A stretch of DNA of 64,000 nt from Caecitellus pseudoparvulus. Taxonomy: Eukaryota; Protista; Bigyra: Bicosoecida. The notes under the pieces are model-generated. The model was not told the DNA's origin, made no database searches, and was given only the letters and a program-made list of their open reading frames with translations. Both the position numbers and the translations under genes were made by a program. This document shows, piece after piece, positions 11,195 to 22,387 of this stretch (the first letter of the stretch is position 1; each line of letters begins with the position of its first letter). The stretch spans positions 310,001 through 374,000 of the forward strand of contig CBFFRQ010000031.1 in the NCBI GenBank assembly GCA_965644315.1, written 5' to 3'.

Positions 11195-14100
11195 TCAAGC
11201 TGCCTGGACGGGCACGGCGCCGCCCTCGGCACACAACACCCCCCCATCCACCTTGACAGGGGGTGTCCCTGGCTGCGCCAGCGCCTGCACGACGAACTCC
11301 CTGCACAGGGTGTAGCTGGCGTCCGTGCTGGCCGACGGCTTGCAGATGTTGACGTGGTCGGCATCCACAGTGGTCAGTTGCCCGACACCCAGCTCCGCGC
11401 TGTGTTGCGGCACGATGAACATGGTGGGGATGCCTGGCGTCTCCACGTCTGTAGGGCGCCCTTCCACGACTGTGCTGAGGAAGAGAGGGCGCCCCTCCTC
11501 TTGCCTGGCCGCCACGTACTTCATGAACTGCCCGTGCAGCTGCAAGAGGAGCGGGTCCCCCTCCCCCAAGTGCTTGACTGGGTGGGACACAGCCATGACG
11601 GAGCGAACCCAGGGCAGCTGGGTGGGCGGGATGAGGCGCCCCAGCGGCGACCCTCGATGGGGCGTCGCGTAGAACAGGATGCCTGCCGTGGACGCCTCCA
11701 CCGCGCCGTGCCCGCTGGCGCCCTCCCCCCGCGCATGCAGCTCGCTCAGCATGGCCTTGGTGACGAGGCCCCCCATGGAGTGCACGATGAACAGCACTGG
11801 GCGACTGGAGCCGTCGCCATTGCGGCCGATGCGGGCGGCCGCCAGCTGGGCGGCCCCACGCGCAGCGACATCCTCCAGAGGCCCCGCTGGCCGCGGCCCC
11901 TCTGTCGTGTACATGGCAGCGTCGTACTCCAGGGACAGCACACGGGGCCGAATGCCTCGCGCCTTCAGGTCTGGCACCAGCCAGGCTGCCGGCCACACAG
12001 GCAGGCGCACGCCGTTCTCGCGGAGGGTGATGTCAGCGCCCCGCCCGCCCATGGCCACCGCCGTGTCGTGCAGGCGCAGGGCGGGGCACTTCCACGTCTT
12101 CAGCGCGGACCCCTGCAGGCCATGCACGAAGACGAGGTCCACGGCGTTGTCGGGGGCTGCGGCGTCCGGCGCCTCCGCCTCCCGGTCGTCTGTGAGCGGG
12201 AACAGCATGCTGCCATAGGCAGGCGTCGTGGCGTTGGAGCGGGCTGCCATGTTTGCCTCTGCGCGCCGGGCCTGCGTGACCAGCTTCAAGTCCTCGGCGC
12301 GGGCCAGGTCCGCGACCAGGGTACGGGCGCCTTCCCACGGGTCAGCTGCCTGGGGTGGCAGGCGGTAGGCCAGGTTGGCCAGGGCCCGGGCGGCGTGGCG
12401 GGCGAGCTTGGTGGCGGTGTGGGCGGTGAAGTGCCAGCGGTCACCCCCGAGCACCCGCGGCTCGGAGGGGGGCAGGGCGTGCGCGTGGGTGTGGGCATCG
12501 TCGGCCTCCCCCGCAGCGTCAGCCGCCACCCCCCGCCAAGCCGCCTGCTGCCGCCGGCGCACTTCAGCCTGCAGGGCAGAGTACGCATCGTCCAGCGCCA
12601 GGGTGTGCCGGGCAGCTGTGATGAGGGCGGGCACGGCGCCGTTCTGCACGAGGGCCGCGGCGGCATCCCCCCTGTCTGCCAGCATGGCCAGGGCCTTGGT
12701 CACGTACACCGTGGACAGGGGGTGCAGGGGCAGGGGCGGCAGGGAGCCCACAGTGGAGGCGGGGCGGGACACCTCCCCCAGCTGCCCCTGGAAGAACAGC
12801 TCGTCCTGCTCCACCCGGGCGGTGGCAGCGAGAACCTTGAGCCCGGCACTCGCCTCGGCTGCGCTGGCCTTGAGCTGTGCCGCCCAATCTGCCAGGGCGG
12901 CGGCAGGCGAGTGGGTGGCTGGCCCCAGAGCTGGCCCCAGCGTCCCAGTGGCAAGCCCGGGGGTGTCCAGCAAGCCCTGCATCCAGGTGGAGGCGCCTGT
13001 GGCGCTGCGGCCCAGGCTGGCTTGCCAGCTGTCACATGCCCGCGCGACGCCTCGGAGGACCTGGCGTAATACGCACGCGCGCAGCAACGGCGCGTACGGC
13101 TCGGGCACCGCCGCCCCCGCACAGCCGTCCCCACCCGCCAACTCTGCCACGCGCACGCCCGGCATGGGCGCCTGAGCAGGCAGGGCGCCCAGCCCCCTCG
13201 CCGTGACAGAGGCCACCCACGCTGCCAGCATGCCCGCTGCCGCCGTCTGCTGTGCCGGCTCAGCCAGGGGCCGCTCGCCGCCTGCCGTCGCGCGCACAGT
13301 GCCGGGCAAGATGCAGCCCTCCACGCCAGCGACCGCCTCCACCGCCGCCACTGCACCCCTGCTCATGCCCTTGGCGGCAGCGGCCAGGGCCTGCTGGCCA
13401 GCCCGCCGCAAGGGTTCCGGCAGGGGCGAGGGGGACAGCGCCCCCTCCGCTAGCAGCAGGGCCTCCCAGGGCGACAGGCGCCCAGCCCGCTGCACCGCCC
13501 ACAGACGAGCCTGCTCCGCCTGTGGGCCACCCAGGGCGTGTGTGGCGGCGGCACGCACGGTGGCTAGCCTGCCTGGAGGCGGTGGGGGCTGCGCCGGGTC
13601 GAGAGGCCTCGCATCCGGAGTCAGCCTGCCCTGGGCCGTGTCCGCACACAGTCGTCCCAGGAGGCGCGTCGCCGGCACTGCCCAAGCCACCTGCAGGGGC
13701 TGCAGACCCGCCTGAGCCTGGCCACATGCGACGCCCAGTGCTTCTGCAAGGGCGGCTCCTGTGCCGTGCAGGGCCGCTGCGGCGGCCTCTTGGCTGCCGC
13801 CCGCCAGCTGCTCTACCACTGACAGGGCGGCGCCCAGGGCCAGCTCCCCGCCCTGTCCCTCTGCGACGGCTTGCAGTCGATCAGCACACCGCTGAGCCAG
13901 GGCCGTCACGAGGCTGGCGGCGGAGGGCGGGCGCAAGCACTCACTCAGGGTGGGCGTCGTGGTGAGGGAGGTAAGCCAGGGGGGCGGCGCCCTGCCCAGC
14001 AGTGCCTGTGCCGACGCCTGCATCCACGCGGCGCCTGCCATGGCTGCTGCGTGCAGGGAGGTGGAGGGCGGCGCCGGCGCCTGGGTCAGCGCCAGCATGG

Positions 14101-15120
14101 CGCAGCAGGCGGCGCGCACCGCCTCATCCACGTCCCCTGCCACCGACGCCAGCCCCGTCTGCTGCAGGAGCGCCTGGAGGGCCCCGCACAGGGCCTCCAC
14201 GCTGGCCTGTACCTGCCAGCCCGTCAGGCCCAGCGTGCCCTGCAGGACATTGTCAGTGAGCTGGGCGCACTGCACCGCCACGGCGGCGGCATCCCCCTGG
14301 TCAGCGGACGCCGCGATGCACTGCAGGAGGTACCGCCGGTCCCGCAGCGGGTGCATGGCTGCCGTGTACTGCCCCTGCATCTGCTCCACCAGCTTGGGGT
14401 GCGTGGAGAAGCCCCGGCGGAGGGAGCGCGGGACGGACGCACGCCAGGCTGCAGCGAGCTGCCCCCCTCCCACAGCCAGGGCACGGGCGCGGATGTCCTG
14501 CGCCCGAGCCCCCGCCAGGGGCGCCCCCCATGTGCTGTCGTCGATGATGGTGAGCAGGCGCTGCAGGAATGCAGTGCGCACTTGCGCCACACCGGCCGGC
14601 AGCTGCGCTGGCCCCTGCTCGAACAGCGTGGACCAAAAGGCGAGAGGCAAGGAGAGCAGGAGCTGCACAGCATGCTGCGGATCCGATTCGAGGTGCTGCA
14701 GGAGGCCTAGGAGCTGTGGACAGCGCGGGGGCAGCTCGTGCAGGGGAGCCAAGAGCCATGGCGTCTTGAGCGCGTTTCGCACGCGTTTTGGGGGGGCGCA
14801 CTCACGGTCATGTGCAGGACTGCAGGGGAGGACCGCGCCAGCAAGCACAGCTCCGCCAGCGCTGCAGGGGAAGTCTCAAGTTTAGGCCCCATGACGCGAA
14901 CGAATTCGTCCTCCCGCGAGGCTGTGGAAACAGCGGTGGGCAGCTCAGACAGGTCGCTGTCTGGGTTCAGCACCACACGGGCCCTGCTGAGCGGGTTGGA
15001 CACCCTGCTGCGCCCCAGGGTGAGCTCCCACACGGCAAACGTTGTCAGGGCCAGGGAGGACCCCATGGTAAGCTGGGCCAGAACGCGCCTCCACCGGCTG
15101 GCGGCCGGTCCCGCGGGCAT
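11195..15120 (-). CDS. SERAC1: SERAC1-like alpha/beta-hydrolase with long N-terminal helical region
   Basis: DLVFVHGLQGSALKTW, WPAAWLVPDL, HSMGGLVTK nucleophile elbow, FYATPHRGS, DHVNICKP; hydrophobic N-terminal segment; one intron near 14805-14715. Confidence 0.78.
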
Positions 15121-15268
15121 GGCAGGCTGGGCTGACGCGTGCGAAACCAGGCGAGGCAGCTCGCCACAACACACGACGCACGCGCATCCCACACGGCGGG
15201 CTCAGGGTGCTGCAAGCTGGCTGAGAGTTTTGATTTCTTTTTCTGGCAGCTACTGGCCTTCCTACGCT

Positions 15269-16612
15269 ATGCAGGGTGACGAGGGGCCTGCGGCAGGCGC
15301 CTTGGCCTGCATGACAAGCATCATGAACTCGGTGAGCGCCGCCAATGCATTGTGGCGCTGTGCATTGGCAGCATGCATGCACCTGGCGCGGGGCGCGCCG
15401 CGTTCCTGCTCAGATCTCCCGCATTTCGAAGCGCCTGGACAAGACTGCAAACGCCTTTCGGCGGACGGGGCCAGGGATGGTCATGGACATGGTGGGTCAA
15501 TTTCCGCAGCTTCCGTTAGCAGCACCCCCGCCCCACCCCTCGCGCGCCTGCGCACTGCCTGCCCGCAGGAACGCACAGTGGTGCGTCAAGACACCCTGGC
15601 AGCATACCGCCGCAGCATCGCCGCCCGGGAGGTGGCGCATCTCCAGGAACTGGCTGAGCTGGCGAGGGCTGGCGTTGCAGCGCTGGAGCAGCGCAAGGCT
15701 GCTGCCGCGAAAGAGCGCCGGCGCCTCAGCTCAGAGGTGGCCGCAGAGGTGGCGACAAGTCTGTCCAGCACAGAGGCTGCCCACCAGGACACCATGCGGC
15801 GCTTGGAGCAGCAGCGCGAGGAGGTGGCGGCGGAGCAGAGCGCCCTGGACGAGCAGCTGGCGCAAGCCCGGCGTGAGCTAGAGGCCACTCGCCAGGCAGA
15901 GGAGGCGGCAGTGGTGGCGGCGCAGGGCAGCAGTGCCTCCGCCCCCAACATCGCCGCCCTGCGCGTGGCGCGGGTGGAGGGGGACGCCGCCGAGGCACGA
16001 GTGCGCGAGCTGACCAGCATGAAGCGCGACCTGGTGGTGCAGCTGGCCGACATGCAGGCCAAGGCGGCAGCCTTCGAGTCCTCCTCCACTGCAGGGGGCG
16101 GCGCCAAGAGGCCCCGGGCGGGGGCGCCAGTCAGTCAGGAGGTGCAGGACCGGCACCAGGCGGTGGAGCTGAAGCGAGAGATCGCCGCACTGCGGGCCAA
16201 GCTGGGTGTGCAGCGCCAGGTGCTGGCGGGGGAGAAAGTCAACCCCCGCGGCAAGACGGAGGTGGAGGCGGAGTTCGCAGCGGACCTGGCGGCGGCGTCC
16301 GGCGAGCTGGGGCAGGCGGCCTCCCTGGCTGAGGAGCGGTACGCGGCAGAGGTGGAGACGGCCGTCATGGTGCCGGCCCTGCTGGCGTGCTTGTGGGACG
16401 CCGAGGGACAGGGTGACGCGGCGACGGCGGCGGGGCGCATTTTCGACGCGATGGCGGCGGCAGAGGGGCAGCTGCTGTGGGACATCGCAGCCCGGGATGA
16501 GGTGGGGGACGACGCGGCAGCGGGGCTGGCCCTGCTCACTGCCGCTGGCGTGGTGACGGAGGCAGTGGGTGACGATGGCGCCGTGCTGCAGTGGGGGGCA
16601 GGCGTGCAGTGA
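15269..16612 (+). CDS. Coiled-coil protein; N-terminus resembles DASH/Dam1 subunit Spc19 (3 exons)
   Basis: Introns 15332-15413 and 15492-15568; long heptad-repeat region; the Spc19 resemblance is by eye only. Confidence 0.6.
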   Translation: MQGDEGPAAGALACMTSIMNSVSAANALWRCALAACMHLARGAPRSCSDLPHFEAPGQDCKRLSADGARDGHGHGGSISAASVSSTPAPPLARLRTACPQERTVVRQDTLAAYRRSIAAREVAHLQELAELARAGVAALEQRKAAAAKERRRLSSEVAAEVATSLSSTEAAHQDTMRRLEQQREEVAAEQSALDEQLAQARRELEATRQAEEAAVVAAQGSSASAPNIAALRVARVEGDAAEARVRELTSMKRDLVVQLADMQAKAAAFESSSTAGGGAKRPRAGAPVSQEVQDRHQAVELKREIAALRAKLGVQRQVLAGEKVNPRGKTEVEAEFAADLAAASGELGQAASLAEERYAAEVETAVMVPALLACLWDAEGQGDAATAAGRIFDAMAAAEGQLLWDIAARDEVGDDAAAGLALLTAAGVVTEAVGDDGAVLQWGAGVQ

Positions 16613-16623
16613 ATGCAGGTGGG

Positions 16624-18063
16624 TCACGAGCGGGGCGGCAGCGGCTGTCCCAGGGACGCCATGACCGTCTCCAGCAGGTGCAAGGAGGCGCCCTGCTCCT
16701 CCCGCACCACCGCCTCCAGCGCATCCAGGCGCCGGTGTACGGCGGCCACCTCCTCCAGCAGCACCGCCACGTCCCCTGTGAACTCCTTGCGCAGGCCCTG
16801 CATGGCCTCATCCACCCGTCGCTGCACAGTGGCCAGGGTGAGGGGTGGCGTGTCGGTGCCTGGGGCCTGTACAGCGGCGGGGGTTGCTGTCGGCGACGGG
16901 AGGGGTGGGGTGCCTGGGCGTGAGGGGGGCGCAGTGTCGCCTGCTGCCAGCTGCCCCACAGCCCGCTGCATGCGGGCTACGATGCCGGCCCACCGTGGAT
17001 CCCCCTGGCGGCTGCTCGCCGGCGCAGGGCTGGCCACGACAGTGGGCCGTGCAGGGGAGACGCTGGCGCTGTGCAGCCCGTGCACGACCAGGGCGCCGCC
17101 ACTGGCAGTCTGTGCCGCCTGCGCCGCCGCCACGAGGTCCCCCCCCACACGGCAGCCGGTGAGGTCCAGCACGCGGAGGGAGCAGCGCCCCCCCCGCTGC
17201 CACACGGCGCAGGCGGAGTGCAGGGTGGAGGCCAAGGCGGCCTGTGCGTCAGGGGTCAGGGCGTTGCCGGCTAGGATGAGCTCTGCCAGACCACCTGCTG
17301 TGCCTGCCTGGCTGGCACCCACCTGTGCTGCCAGCTGGGAGGTGAGGGCGGTGCACAGCGCCACCACGCCAGCACCACGCAGGGCATTGTCACTGAGGTC
17401 CAACACGGCGAGGGCGGCGTCAGACTGAGCGCCTGGGACGAGGGCTTTCGCCAGGCGTGCTGCCAGGTCGTCGTCCACGCCGCACCGCGCCAGGGACAGC
17501 ACTGCCAGCCGCGGCAGCAGAGGCAGCAGCGCTGCCAGGGCGCTGTCCCCCACTGCATTGCCCTCCAAATTCAAGGCTTGTAGGCGCGGCGTGGCTGAGC
17601 GCAAGGCCCCTGCCAGCGCCGCCACGTCGCCGTCCGTCAGTCCGTTGTCGGCCAGATCCAGCACCTCCAGCCGCGCCTTGGACGGGTCCTGCCCCGACAG
17701 TGCCCGTGCCAGGGCCGTCGCGGGCGCCCCAGCGAGGCCGCACTGGATGAGCCGCAGGCGCCCCACTGCCCGCACAGCGCTGGCCAAGCTGGATGCGGCA
17801 CGAGTGACGCCTGGTGCCTGGCGCAGAGTCAAGTCGTAGGGTGTGCCAGCAGCACACGCCTTGAGCAGCGTCGTGACCAGAGGCACGACTTGGGAGGCAG
17901 AGGGGGAGCAGGCCAGGTCTGTCTCGCCCCTCTCCAGACATTGCTCAATGGCAGGAATGCATGGGGCGTGGAAGGCTGCGCTGGTGGCGCGGTATGCCTG
18001 CAGCAGCGCCGGTGCGGAAATCGCAGCAGCCACGCCGCTGCGCGGGGACGCTGCAGCTGCCAT
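16624..18063 (-). CDS. RNI-like leucine-rich repeat protein with C-terminal coiled coil
   Basis: LEVLDLADNGL, LQALNLEGNAV, LAVLDLSDNAL, LAELILAGNAL repeats. Confidence 0.85.
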   Translation of the reverse strand: MAAAASPRSGVAAAISAPALLQAYRATSAAFHAPCIPAIEQCLERGETDLACSPSASQVVPLVTTLLKACAAGTPYDLTLRQAPGVTRAASSLASAVRAVGRLRLIQCGLAGAPATALARALSGQDPSKARLEVLDLADNGLTDGDVAALAGALRSATPRLQALNLEGNAVGDSALAALLPLLPRLAVLSLARCGVDDDLAARLAKALVPGAQSDAALAVLDLSDNALRGAGVVALCTALTSQLAAQVGASQAGTAGGLAELILAGNALTPDAQAALASTLHSACAVWQRGGRCSLRVLDLTGCRVGGDLVAAAQAAQTASGGALVVHGLHSASVSPARPTVVASPAPASSRQGDPRWAGIVARMQRAVGQLAAGDTAPPSRPGTPPLPSPTATPAAVQAPGTDTPPLTLATVQRRVDEAMQGLRKEFTGDVAVLLEEVAAVHRRLDALEAVVREEQGASLHLLETVMASLGQPLPPRS

Positions 18064-18152
18064 GTCTGCGCACCAACGACGCCCGTCGCAGGCAATGAGC
18101 CTGCCCTTTCACTGGTCGGCAGCCGTGCAGGGCTTTTTGCATTTGCCTAAGT

Positions 18153-19841
18153 TCAGGCAGACATGCGAGGCAGCGGGTCCTCCCCTCTCTGGCGCAGGGG
18201 GCTGGGCGACGGGTCGCCGGACGGCACGACTGGAGGCGGCTGCCCCTCCCCCCTGCTCCGGGCGCGCCGGGCACTGCCAGGGCGCGTGCGACCCCTGGAC
18301 CCGCTGCTCAGGGCTTGGAATAGGACGTCCCCGACGTCGCGCGTCGCGGCAGCAGCCTCCCGCGCACCGGACATCGTGCACCCCGCGCATTCCTGCCCGA
18401 ACGCCAGAGCCACGGCTGTCCGACGCCTGGCCGAGTCTGCACGGCCCCACAGTGCCGACAGGCGGTCCACGGCCGCGGGGCTGTACCCCTGAGCCGACAG
18501 GGTGGCGCGCATGTCACTGGGCAGATGCGGTGCGGTGGATGGACTGCCGGCACTCCGGGCGTGCTGGCCCGCCGCCGCCCCTGCCTCACCCGTGCTGGTC
18601 AGCGGCACACCGGACGTCTGTGGCCTGGTCCTGGCGTGCCCCTTCCCCCTGCCCCGCCGTGGCGACACAGGGCGCGCCAGGTGCTGCGCCCTGCCCCGCA
18701 GCAGCGCCTGCACGAAGGTGACCAGTGCAGGCAGGGGCGCCTGCACATCGCCTGGCATGCTGGAGTCCGGTGCGTCCTCTGCCGCTGTGGGCAGGGCCTC
18801 GGCAGGCTGCTGGGCCAGGTGCTTGCGCGTGAGCAGGGTGAGGCGGCCAGACCACCCCTCCAGCGCGACGCTGGCTGAGGCGAGGGAGTGGTACGTCGCC
18901 AAGCCGTGCAGCAGCAGGCGGTGCTGGGAGGACGCCAGGCACAGCACCAGGCCGTGTGAAGCCGCCGGCAAGGCCGCCCCGCCAGCAGGCAAGGTGGGCA
19001 GCGCAGGCAGGTCGCCACCGCTCCTCCCGGACTGCTTCAGCTGGGCCTGTGCGCGGCGCCTGCGAGCAGCCTTGCTGCGGCGGGGAGCAGGGGCTGCCGC
19101 GAGGGGGGGTGCGGGGGCAAACATTGCCAGGGCGGCGTCTGTGGCCAGTACCTGGGGCTGGGCGGCCAGGGCACCCGCCAGGGGCTGGGGCAGGCTGCTG
19201 GGTTCAGGGGTGGCGCCCACGTCCAGCCAGTGCAGGATGAGCTGCTCCAACTGCGTGAGGATGGAGTGCTGCAGGCCGGGCCCGCCGCCGTGCGGCACGG
19301 CAGCCATGTGGCCACGGGCCGAGTGCGGCATGGTGGCGTCCATGCGGGACACCTCGGCCTGCATGCACTCCCGCATGTGGGGTGCCACACGCGCGAAGGC
19401 GTCGCAGGCCCGCTGCCACCCTGGCCCGTCCGGGACAGAGGCCAGGAAGTTGTGCCCGGGGCGGTGGTCGGTGCCAGACACCACGTCAGACACCACCACC
19501 CCGTCCCTGAATGCCTTGATGTCTTCGGGGCTCGCTTTCGAGACGAAGTCCCCGAAGATGGAGCGGTACTCCAGGGTGAGTTTAGAGTGTTTCAGCCACT
19601 CGGCACTGTCCTCGCTGGTTAGTGTGCCTGCGCCCACCCCCACTGCCGTGCGAAAGAGGCTGTGGTCGTTCAGGATGCGGCGCCGGCGCCGAGCGCCCAT
19701 GCCTTGCTTCGTGCTGGGCGCCAGGGCCCGCCCTGCAGAATGCGAACGGTGCAGCCTGGGCCGAAAGACCTGCCTGGGCAGGATGCCTGCGCGGGCGCCA
19801 TCGTTTTCAAGCTGCGCCTGGGGTGCTGCCTTGGCCTCCAT
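18153..19841 (-). CDS. R3H domain protein, R3HDM4-like
   Basis: R3H-associated N-terminal GMGARRRRRILND motif and R3H core HRLLLHGLATYHSLASAS. Confidence 0.7.
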   Translation of the reverse strand: MEAKAAPQAQLENDGARAGILPRQVFRPRLHRSHSAGRALAPSTKQGMGARRRRRILNDHSLFRTAVGVGAGTLTSEDSAEWLKHSKLTLEYRSIFGDFVSKASPEDIKAFRDGVVVSDVVSGTDHRPGHNFLASVPDGPGWQRACDAFARVAPHMRECMQAEVSRMDATMPHSARGHMAAVPHGGGPGLQHSILTQLEQLILHWLDVGATPEPSSLPQPLAGALAAQPQVLATDAALAMFAPAPPLAAAPAPRRSKAARRRRAQAQLKQSGRSGGDLPALPTLPAGGAALPAASHGLVLCLASSQHRLLLHGLATYHSLASASVALEGWSGRLTLLTRKHLAQQPAEALPTAAEDAPDSSMPGDVQAPLPALVTFVQALLRGRAQHLARPVSPRRGRGKGHARTRPQTSGVPLTSTGEAGAAAGQHARSAGSPSTAPHLPSDMRATLSAQGYSPAAVDRLSALWGRADSARRRTAVALAFGQECAGCTMSGAREAAAATRDVGDVLFQALSSGSRGRTRPGSARRARSRGEGQPPPVVPSGDPSPSPLRQRGEDPLPRMSA

Positions 19842-20045
19842 CGAGCGGAATTTGACGAGACCGCCTGGGGAATCAGCGTTGAAACGCCAAGGGTGGGGAG
19901 GGGTGAGCCGCACACCGCCAATCGCCGCGCATGTGCAGGTGGGAGTGGCACGCACAACTGAATCTGTCGAGAGGGGTAGTTCAGTTGTTCACTGGAATTG
20001 CCAGGTTGCGACGCAGTGCACGGAAGGCGGCGCTGGGACCTTGGC

Positions 20046-22259
20046 ATGGCTGCAGTCTGCGCCTGGCGTGGCAGGTGCGCCATCCTCCAATGCCTCTTCC
20101 TCGTCGCCCTGACGAGCGCAGCGCCGTATAACGGTACCAAGCATGAAACGGGGGGTGTCCACTTCCACCTGCATGCTCAGTGGTCACACCTGCTGCGCCT
20201 GCGGCCCGTCTTTCCCATCCCTGACGCAGGGCAGGTGTTGACGCTGCCGCTGCACCCTTCCGAAACGCAGCATGCCCCTGGCCCTCTCGCAGCCCTCCAC
20301 ACGGTGCGCCTGCACGACTTCTACCACCCCAACATGCAAGATGTTGAGGTGCTCCTGGTCCACAGCGGGGAGACGCTCGTCTTGCACAACGGCGCGCTCA
20401 TGCACGGGCCGGCCTCTGCCGGGCACAGCGAGGAGCTGGCGTTTCGCTCCCTGCAGCACACAGCCACGGTCCTTGCAGATGCAAACAGCGTGCAAGGACT
20501 GGGCATCAACCTCGACTTTCAGGAAACACAGGGAGCCAACGCTGCCCTAGGTCGGCAGGCGCAACAGAGCTCCACAGCGTTCGGGCGGCACGCGGGGCTG
20601 GCGGTGGACGGCAACGTGCACGGGCACTTCTCAAGCGGCAGTGTGACCCACACCGGAGGACGCGGCGCGGACCGGAGCCAGCCATGGTGGCAAGTGCGCC
20701 TGGACTCCCCAACACCCGTTCGATACGTCCGCCTGTTCAACCGGCAGCTGCAGGGCACCGCGCCTGAGGTGCAACGGGTGACCTCAACCCTGGGCTGTAT
20801 CCCGCCGTTCATTGGCGAGCCCACCTTCACTCTGGCAGCAACTGCCGGCCCCCGGGCTGGCATGACACAGCCCATCCTCGCTAGTGCCGTGGCCATGATG
20901 GCGGATGAAGTGGGGCAGGTGGGCAGCGGTAGCGGCCCTGGCGAGTCCATGCAGGCAGCGCTGCAAGAGCTGGACTTCCTCGGCCACGTGGATGTGTCAG
21001 TGCAGCCCGCACCGTGTGCGCTGAGCAGCGGCAACACTGGGCAGCAGTGGGACATCACCTTCCTCACGTTCCTTGGCGATGCCCCTGAGCTGCAAGTCAT
21101 TGCGCGGTCTGCAGGCGGTGGCGAAGTGGCCGTCTCCACCGTCCGCCAAGGCACTGCCAACGAGTGGTACAATGGCGAGGACCTGGAAGGCCACATGGAG
21201 GGTGCGCTGTTCCCCTGCACTGTGATGGTGCTGTCAGCCAGCGCAGCGGCAGGCCTGCCCGCCCATGGCGGCCTGAGCGAGGCCAGGGCGGCAGCCTCGT
21301 GGTGGACATCCGTGCCCGGCACCACCCCCAACAACTCCATGATGGGCCGTGACGCCTGGCAGGAAGAGGTCTTGGTGGAAGTACCTGCAGGCGTGGTGGG
21401 GGATGTCGTCCGCGTGCAGCTGGAGGGGGAGGGCTTCTTGTCCCTGGCGGAGGTGCAAGTGCTGCAGGCGCCCGAGCGCTTGCTCAGCTTCCACAATGGA
21501 CCGCGCAGACTCGGGCCAAGCTCCGACTTTGCTGCTGTTGCCGCCATTTCCCAGCGCCTGCAGGGCACGCCCTTGCACGGGCCATGGGTCCTCATGCTGC
21601 GAGACACTCGCGCCCAGGAGTGGGCAGGGGGCGCCGCCGCGGCATCCAAGGACCTGCGGCATGGCGCCGGCTCCCTGGGGCTGTGGTCAGCCCACGTGCA
21701 GCTGCAAGATGGCCGGTCCCTGCACCTGCACCCAGACGTCATGCTGCACATCCACACTGTGCCCACGGTGGGCAAGCTGTACGAGGCCAATGCCTCGCTC
21801 TTTGACTTGCCGGCCACTGCCTGGGCTGCGGCAGGCACTCGCGGCCCCCAGCTTGTGCCCACACCAGGCACTGAGCCTCACAGAGCGGTCTGCAGGGCGC
21901 CAACCGAGTCCTGCCGTGAGCTTGGGGTGGGCAGCATCCTCAGCATGCAGTGGGACGGCGGGCTGGTGCCGTCCTCGCAGCGGCTGACAGTGCACGGCAA
22001 CGCACTCGCTGTCGTGTACGAGCCGCCCAGCCCGGACTGGGCAGGCAGCACATCATTCCAGTACACCACTGTCGTCAACGGCAAGCACAGCGCCCCTGCC
22101 ACTGCGCACATCCATGTGGAGCCGTGCAAGACCGCTGACTGCGGTGCACGCCCCAAGCCCGGCAGCTCCCCCGTGGCGTGGAGTCTGTGGCAGCAGATCC
22201 ACGGGACTGCCGCCCCCCAAGCCGGCAGTCCGGGGACGCAGTGGTGGCTGCAAGAGTGA
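20046..22259 (+). CDS. Secreted multidomain protein: P-domain-like, F-type lectin (F5/8C) and cadherin/Big-like modules
   Basis: Signal peptide; NAALGRQAQQSST, AVDGN, THT, PWWQVRL, LFNR, FLSLAEVQV; C-terminal VVYEP..WAGSTSFQYT. Confidence 0.7.
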   Translation: MAAVCAWRGRCAILQCLFLVALTSAAPYNGTKHETGGVHFHLHAQWSHLLRLRPVFPIPDAGQVLTLPLHPSETQHAPGPLAALHTVRLHDFYHPNMQDVEVLLVHSGETLVLHNGALMHGPASAGHSEELAFRSLQHTATVLADANSVQGLGINLDFQETQGANAALGRQAQQSSTAFGRHAGLAVDGNVHGHFSSGSVTHTGGRGADRSQPWWQVRLDSPTPVRYVRLFNRQLQGTAPEVQRVTSTLGCIPPFIGEPTFTLAATAGPRAGMTQPILASAVAMMADEVGQVGSGSGPGESMQAALQELDFLGHVDVSVQPAPCALSSGNTGQQWDITFLTFLGDAPELQVIARSAGGGEVAVSTVRQGTANEWYNGEDLEGHMEGALFPCTVMVLSASAAAGLPAHGGLSEARAAASWWTSVPGTTPNNSMMGRDAWQEEVLVEVPAGVVGDVVRVQLEGEGFLSLAEVQVLQAPERLLSFHNGPRRLGPSSDFAAVAAISQRLQGTPLHGPWVLMLRDTRAQEWAGGAAAASKDLRHGAGSLGLWSAHVQLQDGRSLHLHPDVMLHIHTVPTVGKLYEANASLFDLPATAWAAAGTRGPQLVPTPGTEPHRAVCRAPTESCRELGVGSILSMQWDGGLVPSSQRLTVHGNALAVVYEPPSPDWAGSTSFQYTTVVNGKHSAPATAHIHVEPCKTADCGARPKPGSSPVAWSLWQQIHGTAAPQAGSPGTQWWLQE

Positions 22260-22387
22260 ATGCACGAGGGGCTGCGCAGGGTTGCATTGGACACCGGGTG
22301 TTGCGGGTGCAACGCCCCCCCACGCGGGGGGGATGTGAACCAGGCGCAGAGCCGGGTAGACTCCACGCCCACAGCGTGTTGGTCCGT

